The position numbers and the translations under genes are program-made. A model generated the notes under the pieces. It worked only from the letters and a program-made list of their open reading frames with translations. It had not been told where the DNA came from and searched no databases. A stretch of DNA of 61,784 bases, filler included, from Sphacelaria rigidula (taxonomy: Eukaryota), in NCBI GenBank assembly GCA_964200075.2. It is 11 parts of 11 records of this genome, joined end to end, with 100 filler letters (N's around TTAATTAATTAA, not from the genome) between each part and the next. Parts side by side here need not be neighbours in the genome. Positions count along the whole stretch, not along the records: positions 45,010 to 50,534 come from CAXNAA020026622.1; positions 50,635 to 56,159 come from CAXNAA020026623.1; positions 56,260 to 61,784 come from CAXNAA020026624.1; 8 more parts are not named here. One strand, 5' to 3'. How positions within the stretch are numbered: position 1 is the first letter of the stretch; each line of letters begins with the position of its first letter. Below, one piece after another: positions 45,628 through 58,616 of the stretch.

Positions 45628-47329
45628 TCATGTGAGGAACGCTTCAAGCTTTTAAAAATGACATTTTTCTCCGCGAAGCAAGGTCAAGCCATCGGTTTTC
45701 GGGACAATATGTACGATTCCTTCATCCGGTTGGGATAACAACCCCCAGCTCCACTGCGCCAATGACGTTTTGTTCGCGGCGTTCTCATCGTCAAGCGGAT
45801 CTGTTGAACGGCACGTTTTCTCCTAGTTGGTAACGAGGAACAAGGAACGCTTCGCTGAAGAATTTCCGCGTTTGCCCCGAGACTTGTGTGCCGCAGGGCA
45901 ACACATTTCTCGTGAACCGATAACTTTGTAGGTTGCCCTCGTCTTGGTCACAGATTCATTTTCAACGCGAAAATCGTGATCACGCAAGCGGAAACTCGTG
46001 GAGTCAAAAGTTCAGGGTGGGCTCTCTCTTTTCATTCGATACCTTGACGGCTTTGTGGCTAAGGGACTTTGCAAACCTGCAGTACACACAAGGAGGTCTA
46101 CAGTAACCCCCAATGCCACTGTCATTTCATCCTGGAGCAGCTGGGCGTCTCCCCACCATAACAGGTGTACTTACTGGCACAAAAGCGAAGCACAGGTAGC
46201 GTTAAGGCTCCTGGCATTGCACTTGGACCGTGCATTCTTATGTTCGAGGAAGGTGGTAGACTGTTCCGTAGGGCCAATTAACCAAAATACCACTCAGTCA
46301 GCGCTGACTCAGGGTACAAAAAACACGGTCTGAGGACATGTACACAGTTACCCTCCTTTTATCTTAGGTGTGTTGTATTCGGTGGTATGTCACGATACTC
46401 CCATATGCGAGCATACAACCAGCGGTGCTGTAGACGGATTTGAATGGTAAGCCACCCGTCTCCTCGAAAACGATGCCCGACGGGGCGTGCGAGATGGGCA
46501 ATAAAGTCTATCGCAACACTGGCGATACTCACTGGTAGCCCATCCCTGCGGCCGCAAAACAAAACGAACATCATTGGTTTCATCCCACGGCTTATGCAGC
46601 ACAACACGTCGACGCCGCAGTTGACAACCTAAAGAGCAAGCGCTCGAATTGGATACTCGTGTTCTGCCACTCTCTGACCATGGCTGGATGTCGCAGCGGC
46701 ACCCACCACTGTGTGTTACGTCGCGCACGTTGGCGACGTAACGCACAGCCAAGCACACTTTCATTGTCAGCAAGTATTTTGAACTGAATACCTCGTGCGC
46801 TACGATACATGATGGAGCTACTGGGTCTACAATAGACTTGAATTATCAAGCGAACGGTCCAGTTTCCACCTCCCTCCGCGTGTTGTCCTTCCAGACCATT
46901 ATATGCGTGCATTCGTGGTTCACAGGGTGCTTGAAAATATTCCGAAGACTTTCGAAGAGCGTGACAAATCGTGCGGATCATTGAGTATGTGAGGCAGCCG
47001 GCCGGCGTATGTACACCGGCGTAGGCACGGTGCCAGAACCGGCCTGCAGCGTAGATTCAGTTCCACATTACATTGTGCAGACCCGCCGGTTCGATCAGCG
47101 CCATTCTTATTCCAGTGGACCCCTTCCTCCAAAGCTCTTGCCGTAACGAGAGCAAATGCATCATGTTGGTATCGTAGGCTTGGGGCTTGGGGGCAGTCTT
47201 CACGTGCCGCTACAGTCTCTACCGCAAAATGCGCTCAACCAAAGTCGAGATGCGTCAAAGATTGGATCTCCCAAAGTTTTGTTGAGCATGTAAATTATTT
47301 TTACAATTAGTCACCTGACAGAAAGTATT

Positions 47330-48058
47330 GAAGGGCAAGTCGAGTTGAGTATACTCAATACTCGGTATTTTCGAAAAGTAACACTATTAGGCCAACGCTA
47401 ATGGGAGACGTTCAAACCTCCTGTCGAAAACTGCCTTTTGGGCCCTCCTCCATCGATTTACACCCGGAAGGAGGGCTAGGCGGATGTTGACGCCTTGGAA
47501 TGACTTGCTGTACTCGTTGAGGCCGTTCTAGGGCAACGTTTCATGTCCCGCTGGCCGCATTATTATTTGTGGCCAAATGAGGCTAAACACGGATTTTCAG
47601 TGAAAAACGGTCAGGTGATCAAAATTTCCTGCTGTTTTTCGATTGATTGACCGGTTTTGTTGAAAATCCGTGTTCGGCCAAAAATGAACGTGCGGCCAGC
47701 GGGAAATGCAATTTTGCACTGAAACGGCCTCAATGAGTAGTGCAAGTCATTCCAAGGCGTGAACATTTGCCTAGCCCTCTTTTCGGGCGTAAAACGACGA
47801 AGAGGGACCAAAGAAGCAGTTTTGAGGAGGAATTTTGAACGGCTCCCATTGGAGTCGGTCTTAGTACCCAAAATTTGAGTAGAGTATTCGAGGACATTCT
47901 CTACTTTAAATTCGAGGAGAGTATTGAGGTCAAACCCAAGTGATACTCAACACTCAAGAATTACTGAGAGTACGTACCCAATATTTGAGTAGAGTATTTC
48001 AGGTCATACTCCATCTACGCAGAGTTGGAGTAGAGTATTTGAGATTATACTTTATCTA
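47330..48058. mobile_element. Old, degenerate copy of the hAT-type MITE, interrupted by other MITEs
   Basis: GAAGGGCAAGTCGAGTTGAGTATACTC resembles the left TIR; the 41-bp units resume at 47864. Confidence 0.7.
47390..47860. mobile_element. PIF/Harbinger (Tourist-like) MITE, foldback over almost its whole length
   Basis: TTA TSD at 47387-47389 and 47861-47863; termini GGCCAACGCTAATGGGAGACGTTCAAA / TTTGAACGGCTCCCATTGGAGTCGGTC. Confidence 0.85.
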
Positions 48059-48560
48059 CAGTAGTGGGTGGTCTAAATATTCAGGGGTGTTTTGGGGTTT
48101 TCCTCGCGTACTGCTCTTCGATAGAACTCGAAATTGCTAGCATCGGTAGATTTTGGTACAAGAAACAAATCATTATTGAAACGCACTGCCCATGTCAGTG
48201 TTAGTTGGTGTTATCGGGCGGTACGAGTAAATATCCCGTTCATCAGGAGGGTGTTATTGGCCGTGAAACACAGTTCTTCGGCTCCACTACAATGAATAGG
48301 TAGAATTTCAAAACAATGTACCGTACATTTCTTAACAAATATGATCGGGACAGGCTCGGTCGAGTGAAAATACCGAAGAGTGAGAATCTGGGCTGAAACG
48401 TGGCAAGACCCTCCATGTTACGACCGGTTAGCCCGTGAGTCACTCAATGCTGAGTACATTTGATTTCTTTTTCTTGGAATATGGAGTGGATACAAATATC
48501 TTCAGATCCTCAATGTGATCAGCGATGGCAAGAAAAGACAGCCCAAGAAAATCGCCAATT
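48059..48560. mobile_element. Second, right-truncated copy of the Tc1/mariner-type MITE
   Basis: TA|CAGTAGTGGGTGGTCTAA…, colinear with 18111-18610. Confidence 0.85.
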
Positions 48561-49516
48561 CCCTGAAGGTTCAGGGAAGTCAGGCGTGTAATTGAACGAG
48601 GGGTGAATTTCGGACCACCCCACTTCGTGCTTTTTGCTGAAATTTCGCTTGGAATACAAGGAAAACCACTTGCATCCCAGGGTTACAGTGTTATTCCTTT
48701 TCGATAATATGGAGGCTGTGTTTTTCATTGTTAGACGCCAAGAAAACCCGCACCTCGCTTGTGATGACGCCGAACCTTGGAGGATGTGTTGATTGGTACT
48801 ACAGCAACGTGTCGGAGCCGCAGCCGTGGCTGCACAAGGCGCAAGGCGCTGAGGGTTCGGTCTGCATTGATACGGTGGATACCATTCTCACCAGGTTCTA
48901 TTTTTATTTACCACCTCCTGTCTGATGACGATTACAGTAGGTACAACTTCGGCCAGGCTCGCAGACCGCAATGGATCCTTCCAGCTTCATCATCAATGTT
49001 CGACCAGTTAGGGATGAACGCTCGCAGAAAAACAGGAAAGAAGCAGCATCTGGGCCCCGCCATATATGTGAGGGTCTCGGCTGAACATTTGCCGGTTCGA
49101 AAAGTTCGACACATCAAGGTCAAGCTTCTCTCACCCGACCGCTGCGTTTCGCCATGGACCCTTCCCCACGTTCCCGACTCGTGCGCAACATCTCCGCACA
49201 GAGAGTAGCAATGCCAGCGGGAACAAGATCCTGACAGTCTGGCAGCCGGCAAGGTAGTTATGGTAGTGTCATTCTAGCGATATCAACGTACAGTGTGCTG
49301 GAGCAGACTTTGCAAGTGAATATTTTGGCGATTAACTCACCTGCAATTCATCTAGATGTTGCGGATTTTTTCACGATCTCACAGAGTAACATTATACGTG
49401 GGTATGTACCAGACCCTGGACGAAAATTCTACAGTCAGTACAAACACAACGTTACAGGTGTACTGCGCACAGTATGGAATATATTGCCGACTGTAATTTG
49501 TGTAATACTAATACTC

Positions 49517-50534
49517 CAAGGGTAGGTCGAGTAGAGTATACTCAGTATTTTTGAAGAGTCATACTTTTCAGTACTCGAAGTTTGAGTAGAGTATTTGAGG
49601 TCGTACTCAACCTACTCAATTATTCGAGTAGTTATTTGAGATCATACTCAGTCTACTCGAAATCTGAGTAGAGTATTGGGGTCATACTCAAGTGATACTC
49701 TATACTCAAGTATTACTGAGAGTGCTTACTCGATATTCGAGTATAGTATTTGAAGTCGTACTCGATCTACTCAAAATTTGAGTAAAATAATGGAGGCCGT
49801 AGTCAACGAACTCCAAATTTGAGGAGAGTATTTGAGGCCATACTCAACGTACTCCAAATTTGAGAAGAGTATTAGAGGCCGTTCTCGACCTACTCAAAAT
49901 CTGAGTAGAGTATCTGAGGTCGGATCTGATGTACCGAAAACCCATAACTTCAACTTCAGTATTCAAGTTCGTACGCAAGACACTCAAACTCGGGTAGAGA
50001 AAATACCCAGGTATCCCTGGAGTTGCCCATCCATGATGAGTGTTGATTGAAGATCAAACTTCAGCAAACATTCGGATCAAAACCAAGTGGTACAAAACTA
50101 GGGTAGAATGGATGTTGTGGTGTTGTCGAAGGGCCCTGCACGTTTTTTTAATTTCTTTATGTCCATCATTCGCTCATGTATTCAACGTAGTCTGTGAAGT
50201 GACGTCACGAAGTCGCCGACTGTCAGCAATACTCGCCATACCCAAGGGGTAATCTATACTCAAGTATCACTGAGAGTGCTTACTCAATATTCGAGTAGAT
50301 TATTTGAGGTCGTACTCGACCTACTCAAAATTTGAGTAGAGTCTTTGAGGCCATGCTCGATCTACTCGAAATTTGAGTAGAGCACTGGGGTCATACTCAA
50401 GTGATACTCTATACTCAAGTATCACTGAGAGTGCTTACTCAATATTCGAGTAGAGTATTTGAGGTCGTACTCGACCTACTCAAAATTTGAGTAGAGTCTT
50501 TGAGGCCATGCTCGATCTACTCGAAATTTGAGTA
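49517..50534. mobile_element. hAT-type MITE copy, cut by the contig end
   Basis: Starts CAAGGGTAGGTCGAGTAGAGTATACTC; same 41-bp units and the same internal GTCACGAAGTCGCCGAC segment as 39928-41183. Confidence 0.88.
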
Positions 50535-51502
50535 NNNNNNNNNNNNNNNNNNNNNNNNNNNNNNNNNNNNNNNNNNNNTTAATTAATTAANNNNNNNNNN
50601 NNNNNNNNNNNNNNNNNNNNNNNNNNNNNNNNNNGGGCCGAACAAACGTTAGGCTGGTCAACGCAGGAAAGGGGGGGGGAGATATTTCGTTGCACGAAAT
50701 AAGAGGCTCATAAGTGTGTCAGACATCCTTCCACACTTGCGCTGCGCTTGTATTTGGTTCCAAACGGTTGAGCGTTATCGATCCACAACAAGCTTGTTCG
50801 AACAACCGTTGTTGCTTTCAACGACGATCTGACTCGAAATTTCGAGTAACAAATGGCCCAAAATACCCTTCCCCCTATCGTAGGATGACTCTGATCTCGC
50901 TCGCATATCTCGTACCCTCTGTTGAAATTTCAACCGGCATCGCTTCGATTTTTACAGTTTTTTAATCGGCATCACTTTCGCTCGAATCGGCATCATCGCC
51001 GTCAGGAGCCTCGTGGTCCGCACTTAATGAAAATCCCCTCGGCTCGGGCCTCCTGTTCTGCACCGTCCCGGCATCTGCCGAAACGACTCTCCCAAGCACC
51101 GATGGTCAGCGCATCATCTCCTTCACCTCAGGTCATTGCCGGTAAAAAGATCGCTTTCTGCTGCCCTTTCAGCGGTCTTCTTTGTCGGGTAGAAGAGCAA
51201 TCATCCACTTCGGGACAGATTTTGGTCATATTCCTTCGGCTGTGGTCATTTTTCATAGGCACATGTCACCCCCCGACGCATTCATTCAGTCATCTTCATG
51301 TCTTCGAGCAACATCTTTGCCGACATCCCCCCCAGCACCAAACCAAAAACAAGCGACGTACACCCACGGCGAAGTGACTGGGCAGTGCGTCGTTAAAGGG
51401 GCGTGAGAACGACGACGCCACCCGTTGCTGTGCTATCTTTAGTAGGTGCAGCCAACTAAGCAACGCCGGGCTGCAAATATAAGATATCTATCCTCGCCAA
51501 CA

Positions 51503-51712
51503 CGTCGCCGTGCACCTGTCTAGTGGACATGCAGCCCGGGCGTATTATGTCTAGGGGTTCCGAACCTGAAGACTGGAAGAGCGGGTTTGTTCCGTGCGAC
51601 GCACAGAACAAACCTGCTCCTCCAGTCTTCGTCTTTCCGGCCTTCAGGTTCGGCACCCCTAGACATAGCACGCCCAGCTTCATGTCCACTAGGCAGGTGC
51701 AGCGTGGCGACG
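51503..51712. repeat. ~210-nt imperfect foldback (candidate small-RNA precursor)
   Basis: The arms pair over about 95 nt with G-U pairs, a few mismatches and one 15-nt bulge. Confidence 0.75.
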
Positions 51713-51894
51713 ATTCTGAGAGAACGGCCATCTCATATGTACGAGCCGTACATGGAAAGGGTGTTATCAAACATCAATAATGATATTTTCTTCCTACCCT
51801 GTCTCTGGGAAGACCCGCCACGATACGCACACGGCGCAGACGCTTCATTGTCCAGGGCACACAAAGATAACCGGTTGTCATATATCTTGGCCGT

Positions 51895-53380
51895 CGATCC
51901 ATCGAGCGCGGCGGCGTAAGCCGCCGAAACCCTTGTGTAACAACAGTGTCAAAAAACTTTTGCATGAGAAGGCTTCCCTGCCGAGGGGCGGCATTGTTTT
52001 CTGTCGAAGCTCTGACAGGCCCGCGTTTCGTCTACACTTGATTCTAGAGTTTAATCATTCATATATCATTCAAGATTCCTGTCAGACGCCGTTCGTGCAG
52101 AGAGGTGTCATTTTGCTGTCGACGCCTGAGAAGCCACCAATTCGACTATTCTTGGTTGTAAATCACGTCTCTACCGGGTCGCTGTCACACTTTATGATCG
52201 GCAACATTTTGGAGTACATCTTCACCGATCCTCGCCTCTCTTGCATTTCACTGGACATTAACGCGCGTTTCATTCCAGTTTGGGTTTGAAGTATATTCGC
52301 TTTCCGCGCAAGGTACTGCACGGGCGTTACACCTCGAGCGTGTTTTGACGTCGCTCGTATGTCTCCTCATTTTCCGCTGTTCTTGCTCGTCAGCTCCAGA
52401 GTTTTTTTTTTTTTTCATACCCTGGATAATGACAATAGAATACACAGTCAAAAAGTGCACTGCGTACAGTATCGACTATTGCGCCTATTGCACCAGACAG
52501 TAGATTCCATACTGTACACAAAATATTTTTTGAAAATAGAATATATTGTACAGAGGGCGTTTTTCTTCACCATCATGTTGTGACGGCATCATTATTGTTT
52601 TGAACTTAGATCGACGTCATGTCTGCAACGATCAGCCTGGTCGCTTTTCACACTCTTTGCTCGGCATCATTTTTACTTCGGATATCAACCCGCGTCGTGT
52701 CTGAAACGAACAGCCGTGTCATCGCAGTACCATTTGAATCCTCACTCGGGTTGCAGGGCACATTTTTGGCCGCTCTCAGAACTGGTCGACACGCTCTCGT
52801 CTCGGGTCTCCTGTTCCCTACCGCTCTGACTGACACCTGCGGGGTGAAGCTACGAGAAAGACCAACGGTCAGCGTGTCACCTTTCCTAGCTTCGGCATCA
52901 TTTTCACTTCAAATTCGATCGCCATAGTTTCTGAAACGGTTAGCCGGGTCATTGCGGTATAAGTTTTTTCCCTCGCTCGGGTTGAAGTGCACTTCGTGGC
53001 CCGCTCTCCTACTGGTTGAACATGCTCTACTCTCGGGTCTTCTCTTCTGTACCACTCGGACATCTGCCAGGAAAAAGCTCTGAAAAACGCAAACGGTAAC
53101 TTCATTTTTTCAAACTTTGAATCGGCATCATTTGAACAGGTGCTTACCCTTTCTGTGCGTGCACTGTGCGCGCGTCTCACACTAAACACCGTTCCTCATT
53201 GGATTCCGAAAATATATGTGCAAGGTCAAGCACAACGTGCTCAGCTGATGAACAGCTCACACCTTTCTTCTTCAAACTGTGCCATGTGCCATTTCGCAAC
53301 GCACATAAGTATCACCGGTGCTCAAGTATCACGGACTTCGATCCACTAAGCGTGGCGGCGAAAGCCGCCAAAACCCTTGT
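51895..53380 (+). mobile_element. Helitron-like non-autonomous sequence: two 3' termini and internal ~230-bp repeats
   Basis: GGCGGC-GTAA/GAAA-GCCGCC hairpin followed by AAACCCTTGT at 51909-51936 and 53353-53380. TCGGCATCATTT-initiated units at 52661, 52893 and 53122. Confidence 0.55.
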
Positions 53381-54364
53381 ATATACAAGTAAACACCATC
53401 AGCACTCAGTATGGGGTCGTGTCATTACTCTCTGTTCATCAGTTTTTTCTCTGGGTGTCCTTCAACCAGTGGTTGCTTCAAGCTTTTTCATGTTGAGTAC
53501 GTTTATCGTGATAGAACGGCTGGGTCCGAAGCAAATCACTCCGTGTCCGAAAGCCCACAAACAAATCGCTGTCCCGTGATTCGTACATGGGGATGTAGCC
53601 TCTGAACTCTGTTTATCCAGCTCAGCCCTCCCGTAATATCGCTGGCTAAATCGGATAGGTAGACGAAGAAGCGTCAGATTACCGCTCGAAATTTTCTGAC
53701 TCGCCATCATTTTTTTTGCCCGAACTTTTGAAACAAACGGGTCTGAAAAGAGAGAAGAGTTATTTCGAACATATTTCATTTTCGAGGTCAACCGATGACG
53801 TGCCCGAGAAATGAATCCTTTTTTGTTCAAGATGAATCATGGTTTTTTATACGCGTGAAAATGTTTCGCCCGCCGGACACGTTTACCTCTGCAAGAGCTT
53901 TCTCCCTCGACCTTAAAGAATCGCATTCTGCTCTGGCTTGCTTCAGCATCGCACCCAGCTCCCTGCGTCGCAAAATCACAGAAATGGAAAGACCATTACG
54001 CCATCCACCATTCATCGTTAGGGCGCACCGGGGGCATAGGGGGGCCGGGAAGAGATCGGGGAAGCGGGTTGCTCACATGATACGAGTTCGTACCCAGCTG
54101 CTTCCTACCTGGGTGGAGTGATTCTATCGTACGGGTACACTTTTTGTCCAAACGTTTTCGGAGGCTGCACATTAAGGCGCAGATGTTTGTCATCGAAAGG
54201 GTGCTAAAGTGCAGACCACCAGGAAAAAAACGTGCACCCCTCCCGTGGAACCACTCGATGGGTAAAAACAAAGTATGGAAGATGACACAAGCATATCAGC
54301 AGCCACTTCTTGTTCGGTGGGCGAGGGTGTGGAATTGGGACACGTCACTTTAGTGTACAGAACT

Positions 54365-54689
54365 GGTCGCCTCGGTGGCTTAGTTGGTGACGTGGAAACC
54401 CTGTGACGGCTGGGATGTGAGGGTTCGAATCTCGCTTGAGTCACACGATCTTGGATTCTGTTCTTCTCACATCATGCCCAACAGTGGAGAGTGGAGAGTG
54501 GAGAGTGACTAGGTCGCAGGTACACAAGGTTCGACTTCACCGTCGACGAGGGGAAGGGACCGTCGAACCCTTCTCGCGATGACAACCAAGTCAAGCACCG
54601 CAGAAGGAGGGTGGAGTGCTGGAATAAATTAAAAAAAACAAAAAACATCCTGTGTTGACCTATCGCCTGTGCGACCCTGGCTGATGCGG

Positions 54690-54744
<55 letters not shown>

Positions 54745-54787
54745 CGACAACGACAACAACAACAACAACGACAACGACAACAACAAA
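54365..54787 (+). mobile_element. tRNA-derived SINE with (AAC)n tail
   Basis: A box TGGCTTAGTTGG (54376-54387), B box GGTTCGAATCT (54422-54432), unique body, then (AAC)n at 54691-54787. Confidence 0.85.
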
Positions 54788-55683
54788 CAGTACAATTCGA
54801 CATTACAGCAAAGTAGTCGACTGAGTGTGGTTGACGTGAGTTGACGCGGCGCGGGAGTGCTGATAGTCATGACCCAAGCCGCGAGACCAAAATACGAGGC
54901 GTGTACTGGGGAGAGAAATGGGATGATCCCTTGAAACCACCGACTCGTTCCGGGAAGTGGAGGGGTTCAAAGTGCGACAAAAAAAATAATGATAATAAAT
55001 ATATAAAGCACAAGAGAATGTACTGGTCGCTGCGTATCATTGGAACTTTCCACGTGACGTCACCATCAACTTGCGACCGGGAGACCTAACTGTTACAGCG
55101 CGAGAGGTAGTCCATCTGAATCATTCATACTTTTTTCAACTGAAATTGATGTCAATTAGACAGATAATCTATTCTTGCCTTCGAAGGGTTAACCCCAACT
55201 CCGAATACTTTGGGCTGGACTCTTACTCTTACCCAGAATTACACCCTTATTCTGAAACGGGGGTGGGGGGCTGGCTCTGACATAATAAAAAAAGAAATAA
55301 AACTATGATATGGAGCCACCACTATATTTCTCTCATGTTTCTTCGACGTCTCTCTCTTGGTATTTTAATTCGGTGTTATTTCGTTTGTCTTTCCTTGGAG
55401 TCCCAGCAAAAAATCAGAGCCCCATCTCTTGTAAGGAAAAGGAGGGACGGCATCGGAATGACGGGCCTACATCTGTGACCTCGGCTTCAACAGATCGGGC
55501 TCATGTGTGGAAATAACAATAAAAATGAAAGATTATAATAGACATGAAGACGAACAACGCATCACCCGTACAGACATTGCAAGCAATTTGGCCTGCGAGA
55601 ATATTTCAACTGAGTTGGCTCACGCGGCTTTTCCGAGTCAACACAGTACACTTGCAACGTCCGCGGTTACCCACGTTGCATGA

Positions 55684-56095
55684 CGTTCTCAACTCCTGAT
55701 AGAGACACCTCCAACATTTTGGGCGCTCATTACGCTTCTTCCATACAAAACACATTACCCTTTTACAATTTTTATCCCCATCCTGTTTCGCCTATTGTGG
55801 CCACAATTCATTCTCTAATATACCCATCGTTTTCTCCCCACTCTCATGTACCAAACGATTTCATGCCACCTTCGTTCACTTCCCGCATTCCCCCCTCTAG
55901 CACGTCCCGTTCCTCCCTGTTCAGTTCACATTCTGCCGCTAAATGAGTTCTGCTCTCTATTGCTTTGCCACGGGGGCCATTCTGTGCATGTGCTTCCTTC
56001 ACTTCTTCTTTCTAGCATGTACAGGTCCCCCACCCGAAATAGCAGTTTCAATTTTGTCGCCGCGTCCACTGGGCCATGCAGACATATTTTCACGG
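55684..56095 (-). mobile_element. Longer degenerate family B LINE fragment (ORF2 C-terminal Cys/His region)
   Basis: The minus strand gives decayed LHGPVDAATKLKLLFRVGDL…ESRTHL..EC…EERDVLEG peptides, continuing into the REKT/ILG..WP region. Confidence 0.75.
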
Positions 56096-56259
56096 TTAGG
56101 ACAAATAATGATTCGTCAGGAAATTACTTGGTTTTAGTATAATACGTTGACTCGTGATGNNNNNNNNNNNNNNNNNNNNNNNNNNNNNNNNNNNNNNNNN
56201 NNNTTAATTAATTAANNNNNNNNNNNNNNNNNNNNNNNNNNNNNNNNNNNNNNNNNNNN

Positions 56260-56981
56260 AAATTATGAGCCATGCACTAGGTCCAAAAGGCGCGGGATGA
56301 CCATTCTGACCAATCACGGTCGTCAAAATAAGCACTTTTGCTACGGTATAAATAGACACCTAGTGGACACATTCGCTGTCTACCCTCATTACTCATTGAT
56401 CATTCCTAATCAACCACTGATTGTATAACCAACACGCAGGTGTTTGATCATCTTCGGTACACTGTTGTGTCTGTCTGTTTAGTACTGCCTGAGCGTCGTA
56501 CTAGCTCCACACCTCCATCTGGTATCAAACGTCATGGCGTAATACGCGAGCGGCGGCTAGAAGTACCCGACGCACGTAGATGTAGACAAGTACTTCGACG
56601 GTGAGGCGATCGCCATCGTCGAGCAATTGCTCTACGGTAGTCAGGGGCGTTCGCGGTGGTAGTCATAGTGCGATATCCAACGCATGCTGCGNNNNNNNNN
56701 NCTGTAAGATCTAGTATGCTGCAGACCGCACGTGCAGCCGCGGCACGATACACTACAGACTGCACAGCAATAATATGACGCGTAATAATCAAGTGGTGCA
56801 CAACCACACCACCGTCTGTGTTGTGACACAACTATGTACCTCCTATGCACTCCCGGTCTCTTCCGCCGTAGAGTAGGCGTTTTGAGTTGTGACAAAGAAA
56901 TGATTCTAACCCCAAAAAGCGTGGTGTCTACCTCAGTAAACCAGCTGGGGGTCGCTGTCTAAGGGTAACCCTTAGACAGCG

Positions 56982-57013
<32 letters not shown>

Positions 57014-57698
57014 CCCGCCCGCCCCCCCGCCCCGCCCGACCCGCGTCGCCATCCGCTTTCTCGCCGCGCCNNNNNNNNNNTCTTTACCCAAGAAACCCGG
57101 TGGGGGGCCCTCTAACAAGGTCCACCCCCACACCCCCCCCCCCCCCCCCCCCCCCCCCGCAGGTGGAGCGAGATGGACTGCGTCACATTTCGGGTTCAGA
57201 ACGGTTCTTTTCTCCCTGCACGAGGAATATGTTTTGTTTGTTATGTGGATGCTGGGAATCTATAGAACAAATCGTTGCAGAGAACCCCTGACCAATTTTG
57301 ATCGTGCAGTCAATAGCGTGCAAAGTCGGTATTGGTGCGGCATGTCTCCGCTAGATACAACTGCAAGAAATAGTCAGCGTGCGATCGCTCTCTACTGAAC
57401 ACCATGTACTCCAAGATGCTGATTGCTCTGCTTAGTGTTCAACAACAACGTTTCAATGTCAAGATATGCTGACAACACATGAGGCGTCGGACAGGCGGCA
57501 GAGATCCGAAACAGAGTACAAAAAACGTATGTGTGCCCATGTAATTTATGGTTGAATTACCACGGCCGACATGATAAATATCGCTGGACAGCGAAGTAGT
57601 TCACCTATAGGGGCACTACGTGTTCGTTTCGTCGGCGATGATTGGTCAGAACGGTCATCCTGCATACCTCGGGCCACGTTCGTGGCTCATAATCCTCC
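56260..57698. mobile_element. Long-TIR (MULE-like) non-autonomous DNA element, left end cut by the contig start
   Basis: 56261-56350 (ATTATGAGCCA…GGATGACCATTCTGACCAATCA…) is inverted at about 57605-57693. The TSD cannot be tested. Confidence 0.55.
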
Positions 57699-58567
57699 AC
57701 GAGAAACTTCCAACACACACGGATGACGTAGTGAGCTTCGCCGCTGTTCTGCGGACAGATCACCCCCCTCCCCCGGCCCGGAAAACCACCCCTCCCGACC
57801 ATCGGAAACCCCCGGATGTCTCCGGACTATCAGCCTGTGAAACTGTTCCGACCCGACGCTCGTCGTCCGAGGGATGGAAAATTTGAACCCGTGGATGTTG
57901 CATTCAAAAACTTAACAAGCATCATAGTGCCTTCGAAACAGCCCTTTGGTCGAGAGTATCATCTCATCATGCACGTACTCAACGAAGAATGTGCGTATAG
58001 TGTCTCACCATGTGACGCGAAAAAACAACAGCTCGCGAACCGTGAAGCCGTCATCACGTTCGTGGGCAGGATCACGAACTTCCCACACCACTACGCAGGT
58101 GGGCACAAAATGTTTTCATTTTGCCACAATACGCACAAGGAACGGCAGTACTGCAGTTCGTTTGCAGAGCCAACGCATGTTTCCCGGTGCATCGGTAATC
58201 ATATTTTCTTCCCGTTGTGCCAAGAAAAAAAAAACACCCCGAAACCCAACCGCACCCCACATAACACAATTTTACTCCTTTTTTTTTTCCCTTTTTTCCC
58301 CCTCTTTTTCTTGTTTGAAATCCATGTACGAGTAGACTGACGAGGAAGATAGTCCAACCCCCCGTCGCATGACTACTGACTGAACGACTGAGCATACGAT
58401 GGATCTGGAGGATGCGGAGACTAGGTCATACTTGCTCCTGTTTGATAGCCTAATGAAACACATAATCAAAATAAATAGCAGGGACGAGCGCTGTATACGT
58501 CGCCTGCTGGGTCTTGTCTTCATTCCTCGAGCTAAATTGTTAATTCAAGAGATCAACCCTGCCGGTC

Positions 58568-58616
58568 GAAGGGTTAGGGTTAAGGTGAGGGTAGGATTAG
58601 AACCCTACCCCTGACC
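58568..58616. repeat. Short degenerate telomere-like (TTAGGG/CCCTAA) converging repeats
   Basis: AGGGTTAGGGTTAAGGTGAGGGTAGGATTAGAACCCTACCCCTGACCC. Confidence 0.55.

Noticed and set aside
45630..47280. Possible decayed coding sequence of a TE or virus; likewise 48730-49260
   Set aside because: Coding-like composition, but no family could be assigned by eye
54365..54445. tRNA genes here and at 22741-22810, 61421-61490 and 5125-5192
   Set aside because: A and B boxes are present but there is no complete cloverleaf or acceptor stem. Each continues into a repeat body or tail, so they are SINE heads.
5528..56259. Regular 5.6-kb periodicity of TTAATTAATTAA motifs, and apparent clustering of MACPF, beta-helix, PX and NHX genes
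   Set aside because: These are artificial linkers joining length-sorted contigs. Genes on different contigs are not neighbours, so no cluster or operon can be inferred.
58568..58616. True telomere or chromosome-fusion site
   Set aside because: Only a few degenerate units, embedded in repeat-like sequence
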